Shown: one piece after another, positions 11,960 to 22,469 of the stretch
Layout: the number at the start of each line of letters is the position of its first letter
Position numbering within the stretch: the stretch's first letter is position 1
Source: Octopus bimaculoides
Taxonomy: Eukaryota
Length of the DNA stretch: 58,472 bases
Assembly: GCF_001194135.2 (NCBI RefSeq)
Contig: NC_068981.1
Span: 148,269,747-148,328,218 of the forward strand
Reading direction: 5' to 3'
Notes under the pieces: model-generated
Seen by the model: only the letters and a program-made list of their open reading frames with translations
Database searches by the model: none
Told to the model about the DNA's origin: nothing
Position numbers and translations under genes: made by a program

Positions 11960-12195
11960 TTAAGAGCGAAAAGGAAAAAACGCTTCATTCGTTCGCTGCC
12001 AATTCTTGACACTTTATGAAGAAGCAGTGTCAATTGGATTCATTAAGCAATGGTTTGGATTTATTAAACAAGTGATTTTATGGGTAAAAATTCCATCCCA
12101 ACCCATTTTGGATACATTAAGTGGGTGGATTTATTATCAGTGGATTTATAAAGCGGGATCTACTGTATGTATACATGTATATATACACACACACA

Positions 12196-12420
12196 TGAAG
12201 GTGTGCTGAAAAGTTCCTGGCTTTGGGTAAAGGAAAATACAGGCGGATCAGTTAATTATGATTTTATTCAACATATTCCCCTCTCAGATTCACACATTTA
12301 TGGCAGTGGTCCTTCAGTTTTTCTATGTCCTGAACCTGTAAAAATACTCGGGAGGTTGGGCATCCAGTCAGGTCTTTTGTTACACCCTTAAAACCAGGAA
12401 CTTTTCAGCACCCAACCCTG
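12196..12420. mobile_element. Mariner-type MITE
   Basis: Perfect 18-bp inverted repeat GTGCTGAAAAGTTCCTGG (12203-12220) / CCAGGAACTTTTCAGCAC (12394-12411); TA after the right end. Confidence 0.8.
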
Positions 12421-12627
12421 TATCACACACTAGCATTGACCAACTCCCTTCTCCCTTCTCCCTTCCCCACTTTTTCACACCTACATACACACATACATAA
12501 GTTAAGATCACCAGCATTCTCTCACACACACACACATACAGCTTCTCGTATTTGGGTTCACCGCTTCTTTCCCCTTTTGTTATCTCCCCTTTTTCTTAGC
12601 TCTCCTGTGTGAACTTTCTGTCCGGCA

Positions 12628-12833
12628 GTCGCCATGATAGATCGCTGACCACGACATTTAAATTTTTTTTCTCCTTGTTTATCTCCTTGTTTTTCTCTTT
12701 ATTTCTTTCTCTTGAAGAGCGTAGCTCGAAACGTTAAAGACTTTCTCTATTCCCGAGCGTTAAACTAATACATCCTTTTGTTGTTTACATCACTTGTCCT
12801 CATCTGTTGTTGATTTTTTTCGTAAATTCTTCC
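12628..12833 (+). mobile_element. Short hammerhead-bearing repeat (family H), copy 3
   Basis: Aligns with copies 1 and 2; motif 12704-12740 with core CTCTTGA (G5 lost); 3' end abuts (TA)(TG)n. Confidence 0.85.
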
Positions 12834-12903
<70 letters not shown>

Positions 12904-13574
12904 AATTAACAAAAAAAATAAATGCTATTAGAAGCAGTTTCTCATCTTTCAGACAGCATCCTTCTTCAGAGTTGAGATGACAGGTTTCAAAACAAAAAAT
13001 GGACAGCCAGAATAGTTTTACATCCTCTGTTTGAGAACAACCTGCAACAAATGATAGAGAATGCCATGCCAAACAATGCGAGAGTGCATGCATAGGGAAG
13101 TAGTGGGTGAGAGAAACTTGGTAAGAGAGAAGAGAGTGAGAGAAGAAAAGGGAAATAAAAAGAGGAAGAGACGTTATACAAGGGTGAGTTAGTCAGAAAA
13201 TTAGAGTGAGAGAAGACATAAAGGATAAAGAAGAAATTACTGTGTTATCAGGGTGTGAAGAAACCCATTAGCACCATAGTTCTGATAACATATTTCCTTA
13301 TGTTTCCTTGAATATGCAGTTCCATGGTCTGTTGAGAAGCTGGATGTCAATAATGGGCAATGGAATGGCCTATTGTGTTGAAAGGGGTGGCAATGGGTTC
13401 GCCTTTTTATATGTAGTCGAATACTAACCGTCAAAAATAATCAATGGAGTGAGAACCTGTTTCAACAATGTAAAGGGCTTCACCAAATTTGTAAATAATG
13501 CAGAATCTGATGATAAATAGATGCAACAGTTAGTAGATATATAGCTTATAGACACACACACATACACACACACA

Positions 13575-13640
<66 letters not shown>

Positions 13641-13759
13641 GGCATATATATATATATATATGTATATATAGGCATATATATATGCTAGTGCTCTAACATG
13701 ACCACAGTAGTATGGATGAAATATATAAAAGAATAAGAAAAACAAAAGCATATATACAT

Positions 13760-13801
<42 letters not shown>

Positions 13802-14217
13802 GAATACAAATGCACTATATATATGTGTATTTCTTTTATTTTGATATATATATATAACAAATATCTATGCAGTCCCTTCACCCCACACCCTCTCAACACT
13901 CACCCCACACTCGGTTCCTCACTCACCACCTCCACCGTTACCACCTTTGCCACAATTGCTACATGCTGTACACAATCATTGATTGTGCCAAAAATGCCAA
14001 AGCAACAACAAAGAACTATAAAGAATTAAAAAGAAAGGAAATGAAAAAAACAAAAAACAAAAAACAAATTTCCTCCAAAAGAGCTGAAAGTTTGAAAATA
14101 CTGCAGCATCATGAAACCAAAGCAGTGACTGAGAAAAGTTCAAGCTTCACAAATAATTAACAAAGACTATGGATTCAGTTCAGAATTTAAATTTCTGACT
14201 CAATGTATTGTTGTCTG

Positions 14218-14252
<35 letters not shown>

Positions 14253-14259
14253 CATTATT

Positions 14260-14469
14260 TTATGTTTGACTTTTGCTTTGCATTTGTACAAGTTGGATCC
14301 GAGTCTTACCCAGAGCCCTCAAGAGACAACAAGTTAGAAGTTCATGTAGGTGTTATGCCTAGGGTACCATATATTTGGATTTGTACAGTTTTGTTCTAGT
14401 GAATGTTTAAGAAACCATAAGAAAATTATGTGTTTGTTTTAAAATTTGAGATCACATAGACAGTATTTT
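14260..14469 (-). mobile_element. 3' end of a (TAA)n-associated non-LTR family (second Dong/R4-like family), cut by a gap
   Basis: Homologous to 16304-16560; abuts a (TAT)n tract; reverse complement reads ...KILSM* before the UTR. Confidence 0.55.
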
Positions 14470-14687
14470 ANNNNNNNNNNNNNNNNNNNNNNNNNNNNNN
14501 NNNNNNNNNNNNNNNNNNNNNNNNNNNNNNNNNNNNNNNNNNNNNNNNNNNNNNNNNNNNNNNNNNNNNNNNNNNNNNNNNNNNNNNNNNNNNNNNNNNN
14601 NNNNNNNNNNNNNNNNNNNNNNNNNNNNNNNNNNNNNNNNNNNNNNNNNNNNNNNNNNNNNNNNNNNNNNNNNNNNNNNNNNNNNNN

Positions 14688-14745
<58 letters not shown>

Positions 14746-14747
<2 letters not shown>

Positions 14748-15468
14748 GGCGTCAAGCTTAGCGGTATTTTGTCTGCTACTATGTTCTGAGTTCAAATTCT
14801 GCCATGGTCAACTTCGCCTTTCATCCTTTCGGGGTCGATGAAATAAGTACCAGTTACACACTGAGGTTGATGTAATCGACTAGGCCCCTTCCCCTAAAAT
14901 TTTCCAAGGCCTTGTTCCTAGAATAGAAACAATTATTATTATTATTATTATTAAGGCGTTGAAAGGTGGTGAGCTGGCAGAATCGTTAGCACATCCGGCA
15001 AAATGCTTAGCAGCATTTCATCTGACTTTACATTCTGAGTTCAAATTCTGCCGTGGTCGTCTTTGCCTTTCCTCCTTTTGGAGTTGATAAATTAAGTACC
15101 ACTGAATCACTGGGGTCGATGTAATCGACTGGTCTCCTCCCCACAAAAATTTCAGGCCTTGTGCCTTTAGTAGAAAGGATTATTAAGGCCATCAGCTGGC
15201 AGAATTGTTACTGCTTAGTGGCATTTCATCTGCTCTGAGTTCAAATACCGTCGAGGTTGACTTTGCCTTTCATTTCTTTGGGGTCGATAAATTAAGTACC
15301 AGTTAAACACTGGAGTGGCATTTCATCCATCTTCTAATTCCACGAAGATCGACTTTGCTTTTCATCCTTTCAAGGTTAATAAAATAAGTACCAGTTGTGT
15401 ACTGGGGTTGATGTAATCGACTATCCTACTTCCCACAAATTTCAGGCCTTGTGCCTATTGTAGAAAGG

Positions 15469-15525
<57 letters not shown>

Positions 15526-15752
15526 ATTATTATTATTATTAAAGTTGGCGAGCTGGCAAAATCATTAAAATGCCTGGCAAAATGCTTAGTGATATTTCAT
15601 CTGTCTTTAATGTCCTGAGTTCAAATTCTGCTGAGGTTGATTTTGCCTTTTGTTCTTTCAGGGTCAATAAAATAACTACCAGTTAAGCACTGGGGTTGAT
15701 GTAATTGACTTATCCTCTCTCCCAAACTTGCTGGCATTGTGCCAAAATTTGA
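14746..15752 (+). mobile_element. Head-to-tail cluster of about 5 SINE family B copies separated by (ATT)n
   Basis: Repeated GAGCTGGCAGAATCGTTAGC...GAGTTCAAATT(C)...CCTTTCATCCTTTCGGGGTCGAT...AAGTACCAG; the central motif resembles the Deu/Nin conserved SINE domain (from memory). Confidence 0.85.
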
Positions 15753-15807
15753 AATCATCATCATCATCATCATCATTGTTATTATTACTATTATTATTAT
15801 TATTATT

Positions 15808-16284
15808 CAGTAGTTTTATTTTTATAACGTGCTTTCACTTCACTACCGAGCGCAGCTCTGTGCGCCTTGGGTATGTGCTGTGGTTTGCTGTGGTGCTCTT
15901 ATGTTTACTGTATTGAAAGTGTTTTGCGTAGAATGTGTGCAGTACCCAGTAGTGCAATTTTCTGTATGTTATATATATTTGTAAGTCCTGGTGTTTTTGT
16001 TATGTATTTGTCTGAATATTTTTTTATTATACCTAAGGCACCTACTATGATAGGAATTGTTTCTGTTTTTAGATTCCACATTCGAGTTATCTCTATTTCC
16101 AGGTCTTTGTATTTTGAAAGTTTTTCCATTTCTTTTAGAGAAACGTTGTCATCTGCTGGTATTGATACATCAATTAGAAAGCATTTTTTTTCTTCATGAT
16201 CTTTGACAACTATATCTGGTTTATTTGCCTTAATTTCTCTATCTGTGTGTATTGGCATATCCCAGAGTATGGTTGCTTTCTCTA
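15808..16284 (-). mobile_element. 5'-truncated Dong/R4-like non-LTR retrotransposon (RLE domain plus 3' UTR)
   Basis: Open frame ILWDMPIHTDREIKANKPDIVVKD...FLIDVSIPADDNV...EKLSKYKDL...IPIIVGALG...GTAHILRKTLS matches the R4/Dong restriction-like endonuclease; (TAA)n on both sides. Confidence 0.88.
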
Positions 16285-16303
16285 TTATTATTATTATTAT
16301 TAT

Positions 16304-16560
16304 GTTTGGCTTTTGCTTTGTATTTGTACAAGTCGACTCCAAGTCTCACCCAGAGGCCTCAAGAGACAACAATTTAGAAGTTAGAAGTTCAAGTTGGTGC
16401 TAAGACTAGGGTGCTATATATTTGGTTTTGCACAGAGTGTTGTTTTGGAGAATGTTTGTTGAAACATAAGTAAATTAGAAGTTTGTTTTAAGAGTAATTT
16501 GATTATAAGATATCAGGTATTAAGATGACAGTAAAAGGTGTTTGCAGTTATGAACATTTA
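16304..16560 (-). mobile_element. Second copy of the (TAA)n-associated 3' end family
   Basis: Aligns with 14260-14469; directly follows (TAT)n 16283-16303. Confidence 0.55.
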
Positions 16561-16608
16561 AAAGTATTTTGACACTGTTTATGGATTAAAGAATTTTTTG
16601 TATACTCT

Positions 16609-16786
16609 CTTTACTTGTTTCGGTCATTTGACTGCGGCCATGCTGGAGCACCACCTTTAGTCGAGCAAATCGACCTCAGGACTTATTCTCTGTAAGCCTA
16701 GTACTTATTCTATCGGTCACTTTTGCCGAACTGCTAAGTTATGGGGACGTAAACACACCAGCATTGGTTTTCAAGTGATGTTGGGG

Positions 16787-16821
<35 letters not shown>

Positions 16822-16985
16822 CATATATACATATATACGATGGGCTTCTTTCAGTTTCCATCAACCAAATCCACTCACAAGGCTTTCATTGGCCTGAGGC
16901 TATAGTAGAAGACACTTGCCCAAAGTGCCATGCAGTGGGACTGAACCCGGAACCATGTGGTCGGTAAGCAAGCTACTTACCACAC
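16609..16985 (-). mobile_element. Near full-length tRNA-headed SINE family A with internal microsatellite
   Basis: Reverse complement has A-box-like GTGTGGTAAG and B-box GGTTCAGTCCC, body, internal (TA/TG)n and conserved 3' half. Confidence 0.88.
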
Positions 16986-16995
16986 TATGTGGTAT

Positions 16996-17565
16996 AAGGC
17001 AGCGAGCTGGCAGAATCGTTAGCATGCTGGGCAAAATGCTTAGTGGTATTTTGCTCACTGCTACATTCTGAGTTCAAATTCCACTGAGCTTGACTTTGCC
17101 TTTCATCCTTTTAGGTTGATAAAATAAATACCAGTTGAACACTGGAGTTTAAATGTTGCTAATATTGACTTCACTTTTCATTCTTTTGGTGGTCAATAAA
17201 CAAGTACCAGTTGAAGACTGGGGCCAATGTAATTTACTAACCTCTTAAGGCTGTGAGCTGGCAGAAACGTTGGCACACTGGGAGAAATGCTTAGTGGTAT
17301 TTCGTCTGTCTTTACATTCTAAGTTCAAATTCCACCGAGGTTGACTTTGCCTTTCATCCTTTTGGGATGGATAAATTAAGCACCAGTAGAGCACTGGGAT
17401 TGATGTAATCAATTTGCTCCCTCCTCTGTAAGTGCTGGTCTTGTGCCAAAATTTGAAACCATATCCTTCCAGGGTTGATAAAATGAGTAGCAGTTGAGCA
17501 CTGGGGTCAGTGCAATTGACTTATTCCTTCCCACGAATTTGCTGGCCTTGTGCCAAAATTTGAAA
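16996..17565 (+). mobile_element. Tandem SINE family B copies (2 full, 1 partial)
   Basis: Same motifs as 14746-15752; further degraded copies at about 32450-32870(-), 34370-34540(-), 38840-39050(+), 39190-39300(-), 45770-45950(-), 46980-47100(-) and 47385-47520(+). Confidence 0.85.
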
Positions 17566-17619
17566 TCATTATTATTATTATTTTTATTATTATTATTATT
17601 ATTATTATCATTATTATTA

Positions 17620-17986
17620 TTACCTCTGCTAAGGCAGAGGTATTTTTTTCAGTCGCATTTGTTTGTTTGTTTGCCCATGGACAAGATATCTCAAGAACCG
17701 CTGGATGGATTCAGATGAAACTTTCAGGGATATTTGGTCTCACAACTGGCACAAACTTATTAGATTTTGGGATTGATTAGATACCGGACAAGGGTTCTGG
17801 ATTATTTTTCTGTTTTTTTTTTTACTTAATTTAGGAGATCTGTCGGGTTCATTTTTAGTATTCCTGTTTGTGAGAGCAGTCTAGTTTATTTCAGATATTC
17901 TCATTTTAAAAATCATCTTCAGCTAATCATTGAGAGAACATTGGTGTTACCGTGGCAGAGGTTTGTGCTCTCTGAGTGCTCTTGTT
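17620..17986 (+). mobile_element. Helentron-associated non-autonomous element (HINE/DINE-1-like)
   Basis: 5' hairpin ACCTCTGC-TAAG-GCAGAGGT (17622-17641), (GTTT)n, 3' sub-terminal GGCAGAGGT (17954-17962), short 3' stem-loop GTGCTC-TCT-GAGTGC, T-rich flanks. Confidence 0.75.
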
Positions 17987-18126
17987 ATTATTATTATTAC
18001 TATTATTAGAAGTCTATGGCTGACCCCAGATAGTGCAATTGTTTTCTACGAGAAAACAGTTTTGGAAACTTGACACATTTGTTGTTTTCCATGCAAAGTG
18101 ACTTGCTGTTGAGGGCAACAGAGGTA

Positions 18127-18195
18127 CAATACTGAAGTACAATAATGGGTTTTAGCAATACTGAAGTACAATAGTGGGTTTTAGCAATACTGAAG
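18127..18195 (+). repeat. 29-bp tandem duplication (2.4 units)
   Basis: CAATACTGAAGTACAATA(A/G)TGGGTTTTAG repeated. Confidence 0.9.
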
Positions 18196-18928
18196 AGCTT
18201 TTACTCATTGTACAGGTTGGGAAAACCTGCAGATATGACTGAATTGAATCTAATTTGTTAACCTAGTCAAAATGTGTGCATAGGAGCAAGTCTTCTTCTG
18301 GAAGACTTGCCTCTATGACTTGTAGTCAGTCTTTTGCAAAAATAAAAAGAAAGAGAAAACTATATTTGCTGTGAGTGCAGTATGAATCTGCTGCATCCAC
18401 AAAATTTGTCATTCTGCTTAAATTAAAATCAGCTGTAATATCATAATCAGCAGTGGTTCCACATTTAATTAATATCTACTGCTAAAACTATCACTTTGTT
18501 AGTGATTCAAGAAGAGAGGAGAAAGGGAACTGAAGCAGAGGGAAAGTGTGTGGCAAAGAGAGAAAGAAAGAAAGAAAGACAAAGGGAAGAGTGAAGGAAA
18601 GAACAAAGGAGAAATAATGAAGTAGTGAGAAAGAAAGAAGAGATAAGAGTAAGGGAAATGGATAGATTAGAGACAGAGTGAGAGTAAAGAGAAAGAGAAG
18701 GAATAAATACACTGTTTTTAATGGGGAGCAAGAAGAGAGGGTGGAATAGTAAAATACAGAGATTCAGCACTATGGTGGTTGAAGAGAATATGGAGATAGC
18801 TACATACAAAAGAAAGAGAGGGAGTAGAAGATAGGCATGCATAGACAAATTTTATCAAATATATAGTATGTGTGTGTGTATGCATGTGTCTGTCTGGCTA
18901 TCAAGCTATCTACCTGTCTATACTTATG

Positions 18929-18984
<56 letters not shown>

Positions 18985-19206
18985 NNNNNNNNNNNNNNNN
19001 NNNNNNNNNNNNNNNNNNNNNNNNNNNNNNNNNNNNNNNNNNNNNNNNNNNNNNNNNNNNNNNNNNNNNNNNNNNNNNNNNNNNNNNNNNNNNNNNNNNN
19101 NNNNNNNNNNNNNNNNNNNNNNNNNNNNNNNNNNNNNNNNNNNNNNNNNNNNNNNNNNNNNNNNNNNNNNNNNNNNNNNNNNNNNNNNNNNNNNNNNNNN
19201 NNNNNN

Positions 19207-19244
<38 letters not shown>

Positions 19245-19245
19245 A

Positions 19246-19404
19246 TAAAAGCACCCACTACACTCTCAGAGTGGTTGGCATTAGGAAGGGCATCCAGCTG
19301 TAGAAACTCTGCCAAATCAGATTGGAGCCTGGTGTAGCCATCTGGTTCACCAATCCTCAGTCAAATTGTCCAACCCATGCTAGCATGGAAAGCGGACGTT
19401 AAAC

Positions 19405-19438
<34 letters not shown>

Positions 19439-19465
19439 ATGATGATGATGATGATGATGATGATA
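19246..19465 (+). mobile_element. RTE-type 3' tail with long (GAT)n
   Basis: Matches the RTE tail consensus in this window; joined to a (TA)n tract. Confidence 0.88.
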
Positions 19466-19469
19466 TCTA

Positions 19470-19810
19470 CAAGAGTTAAAGAATGGAGTAGATAAGATCT
19501 GGACTACATCTGTTTCATAGAGAGCAGAAGCTCGGAAATGGTAAATATCCGAGCAAAGTGTATACTGCAGGCTACTTATCAGGCAAAGGGTATCTTACCA
19601 TGCCCACTACACATTCTGAGCAAATGTTCCATGTGTTAACATGTACCTCCATGTGACAATGTAAACTTTCATTTAATCAAGATACCCTTGGCCTGATGTG
19701 TAGCCTGCAGTATACACCTCACTTGGATATTTACCACTTCTGAGGTTTTGCTTGCTATGAAATATATGTAGCCTAGATCTTATCTTATCTACTTCATTCC
19801 TTAACACTTG
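19470..19810. mobile_element. Hairpin MITE with arms of about 130 bp and TA flanks
   Basis: 19470-19596 is the imperfect reverse complement of 19679-19810; TA at 19468-19469 and 19811-19812. Confidence 0.8.
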
Positions 19811-20013
19811 TATTCTTACTTGCATACCTGGCAACCCTGGTTGCCTACCATGAAATATAAAAAGAATTTTTTTCAGCTTATCGTATTTTGATACAAAAGA
19901 ATCCACAACCTTCCTCCTTAGTAAACCACTATTGTTCCTGAAAGTTGTTTTTTATATTCGCTATGGATTGCTTGGAGCTAACTTTCTTCCTACGCCTCAG
20001 TCTTTGGATCTTA

Positions 20014-20059
<46 letters not shown>

Positions 20060-20320
20060 NNNNNNNNNNNNNNNNNNNNNNNNNNNNNNNNNNNNNNNNN
20101 NNNNNNNNNNNNNNNNNNNNNNNNNNNNNNNNNNNNNNNNNNNNNNNNNNNNNNNNNNNNNNNNNNNNNNNNNNNNNNNNNNNNNNNNNNNNNNNNNNNN
20201 NNNNNNNNNNNNNNNNNNNNNNNNNNNNNNNNNNNNNNNNNNNNNNNNNNNNNNNNNNNNNNNNNNNNNNNNNNNNNNNNNNNNNNNNNNNNNNNNNNNN
20301 NNNNNNNNNNNNNNNNNNNN

Positions 20321-20368
<48 letters not shown>

Positions 20369-20745
20369 ACACTCACACACACATCACAATCATTTAACTT
20401 CTATTTTCCAGTCTGGCATGGTTTGGAAGGTTTGATAGGAGTTGGTAAGCCAGAGGACTGCACCAAACTCCATTGTCTGCTTGGCCTGGTTCCTACAGCT
20501 GGATGTCCTTCTTAATGTTAACCACTTTGCAGAGTGTACTGAGTGCTTATTATGTGGCACCAGCATTGGGAGGGTCACAAGTAAGTTGCAAGACAAAGCT
20601 CCTTTGACAGGAAGGGGGCATAGTATTGAGTTGGGGTATAACAGAAGGGTAAAGTATAGTTATCTTGCTATAGAGGAGATACATAGCCATGCTAGATGGA
20701 AAGCAAAGGAGAGAAAAGAGAGAAAGGGTTAGAGAGAAAAATATG

Positions 20746-20777
<32 letters not shown>

Positions 20778-21119
20778 AAAGAGAGAAAGGGAGGGAGAGA
20801 GAGGGAGAAATATAAATAGTTGTGGAAATTTTTCGGGGAGGGGACATACCCTCAAAATAGAGTGGGAGTGAATATGAATGAAGTGGGAAAGAGGATTGGA
20901 CAGGGTGTGTTGGCAAGGGGTGATGTTACATAAAAGTTTGAGAAGAGATGGTTAGAGATGGGGAAGAGATGATTGTAACATGTGATGGTGATAGATATAG
21001 GAGTGGTTCAGCGGGTGATGGGATAGATACATGGAGGCATTGCGAGTGATACTGGGATTAGAGAGGTGTTAAGGATGGAGTATAAATAAAACAGCACAAC
21101 CATCGAACCAACAAACGAT

Positions 21120-21617
21120 TTTGTTGTTGCTGTTTAGCTTCTAGCCAACCCTGATTGAACAGACAATAATTAAAGACATTCTACCCATGACCATGCCACC
21201 TTTTTGCTTTCAGACATAGTAAATGTGTTGTTCCCTTTTCTTAAGACAGCCATGTATAATCTGAGGGCTATTTGTCTGCCATTCTAGGAGATAGAAGTTT
21301 CTTTGTTGGCTCATAGTTGATTCCGTTGTTGCTTAGTTACAGGTCAGCCCTAATCAAGCAGATCTATCTCTGATCAAGAGCTTTCCAGCTGTCATATTTC
21401 TGTCGTATTTCTAGACATAGTATATTTTGGATTATATTATATAACACATCTTTCTATATTTGTAAATAGTTAGCATGTAATCTGAGAGAGACTTAGTTGC
21501 TATTCCCAGAAGTCTGAGCAATCACATTGAAGCTCCCTTGTTGGCATGTAAATGATTCTGTTGTTAGTGATGTTTTTGCACCCCAGGGCAGCTCTTATTG
21601 AGCCATCTTTCCCTTTT
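21120..21617 (+). mobile_element. Degenerate copies of interspersed repeat family C
   Basis: GTTGTTG...TTTAG...CCCTGATC(A)AGCAGA...TTCCAGC...TTTTAAGA...GATTTG...GCTATTTCTAG motif; also at about 30600-30845, 37090-37290, 47760-47935(-) and 51130-51250. Confidence 0.6.
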
Positions 21618-22313
21618 TAAGATGTTAAGCTATAATTTGAGGGAGTTGTGAATGTTATTTCTAGTATCCTGAAGGACCACATAAAGGTAGGTTCATCATT
21701 ATTAAGATAAACAGGTGGAAGAAGAGATCCAAATGCATAAGTAGTGCCACATTATCCAAAGTGTCTTTGCCTTTTTAAGATGATAAGATATAATTTGAAG
21801 GAGCTGTGACTATTATTTCTAGCATTCCCAACGACCACATAGAAGTAGGCTTGCTGGTTGTTANNNNNNNNNNNNNNNNNNNNNNNNNNNNNNNNNNNNN
21901 NNNNNNNNNNNNNNNNNNNNNNNNNNNNNNNNNNNNNNNNNNNNNNNNNNNNNNNNNNNNNNNATTTGAGGTAGTTGTGTCTGTTATTTCTAGCATTCTA
22001 AACGACCATGTAGCGGGAGGCTTGCTGGTTGTTAAGACAAACAGGTGGAAGAAGAGACCCAGATAAATAAATAATACCCAAAATGTCCTTCCGTTTTTAA
22101 GATGGTAAAATGTAATTTGAGGAAGTTGTGTCTGTTATTTCTAGCATTCTGAACAACCATGTACAGGTAGGTTTGCTGGTTGTTAAGACAAACAGGTGGA
22201 AGAAGAGACCCAAATAAATAAATAATACCCAAAAGTTCCTTCCGTTTTTAAGATGGTAAAATGTAATTTGAGGTAGTTGTGTCTGTTATTTCTAGCATTC
22301 TAAACGACCATGT
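21618..22313 (+). repeat. 151-158-bp tandem array derived from the family C tail (spans an N gap)
   Basis: TAAGATG unit starts at 21618, 21776, 22098 and 22249. Confidence 0.85.
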
Positions 22314-22469
22314 ATCCTCTGCAACCTCCCTATGCACTACTCACTATCTTATTCGGTGTAAATACTCTGTGCTAACCTCACAAGGAACACTCGACTCCCT
22401 CCTTGTCCTAATCTCATTTCAACCTCACCCTAAACAACTTCCTTGTTTTCTCTCAAAATTGGGGTACAG

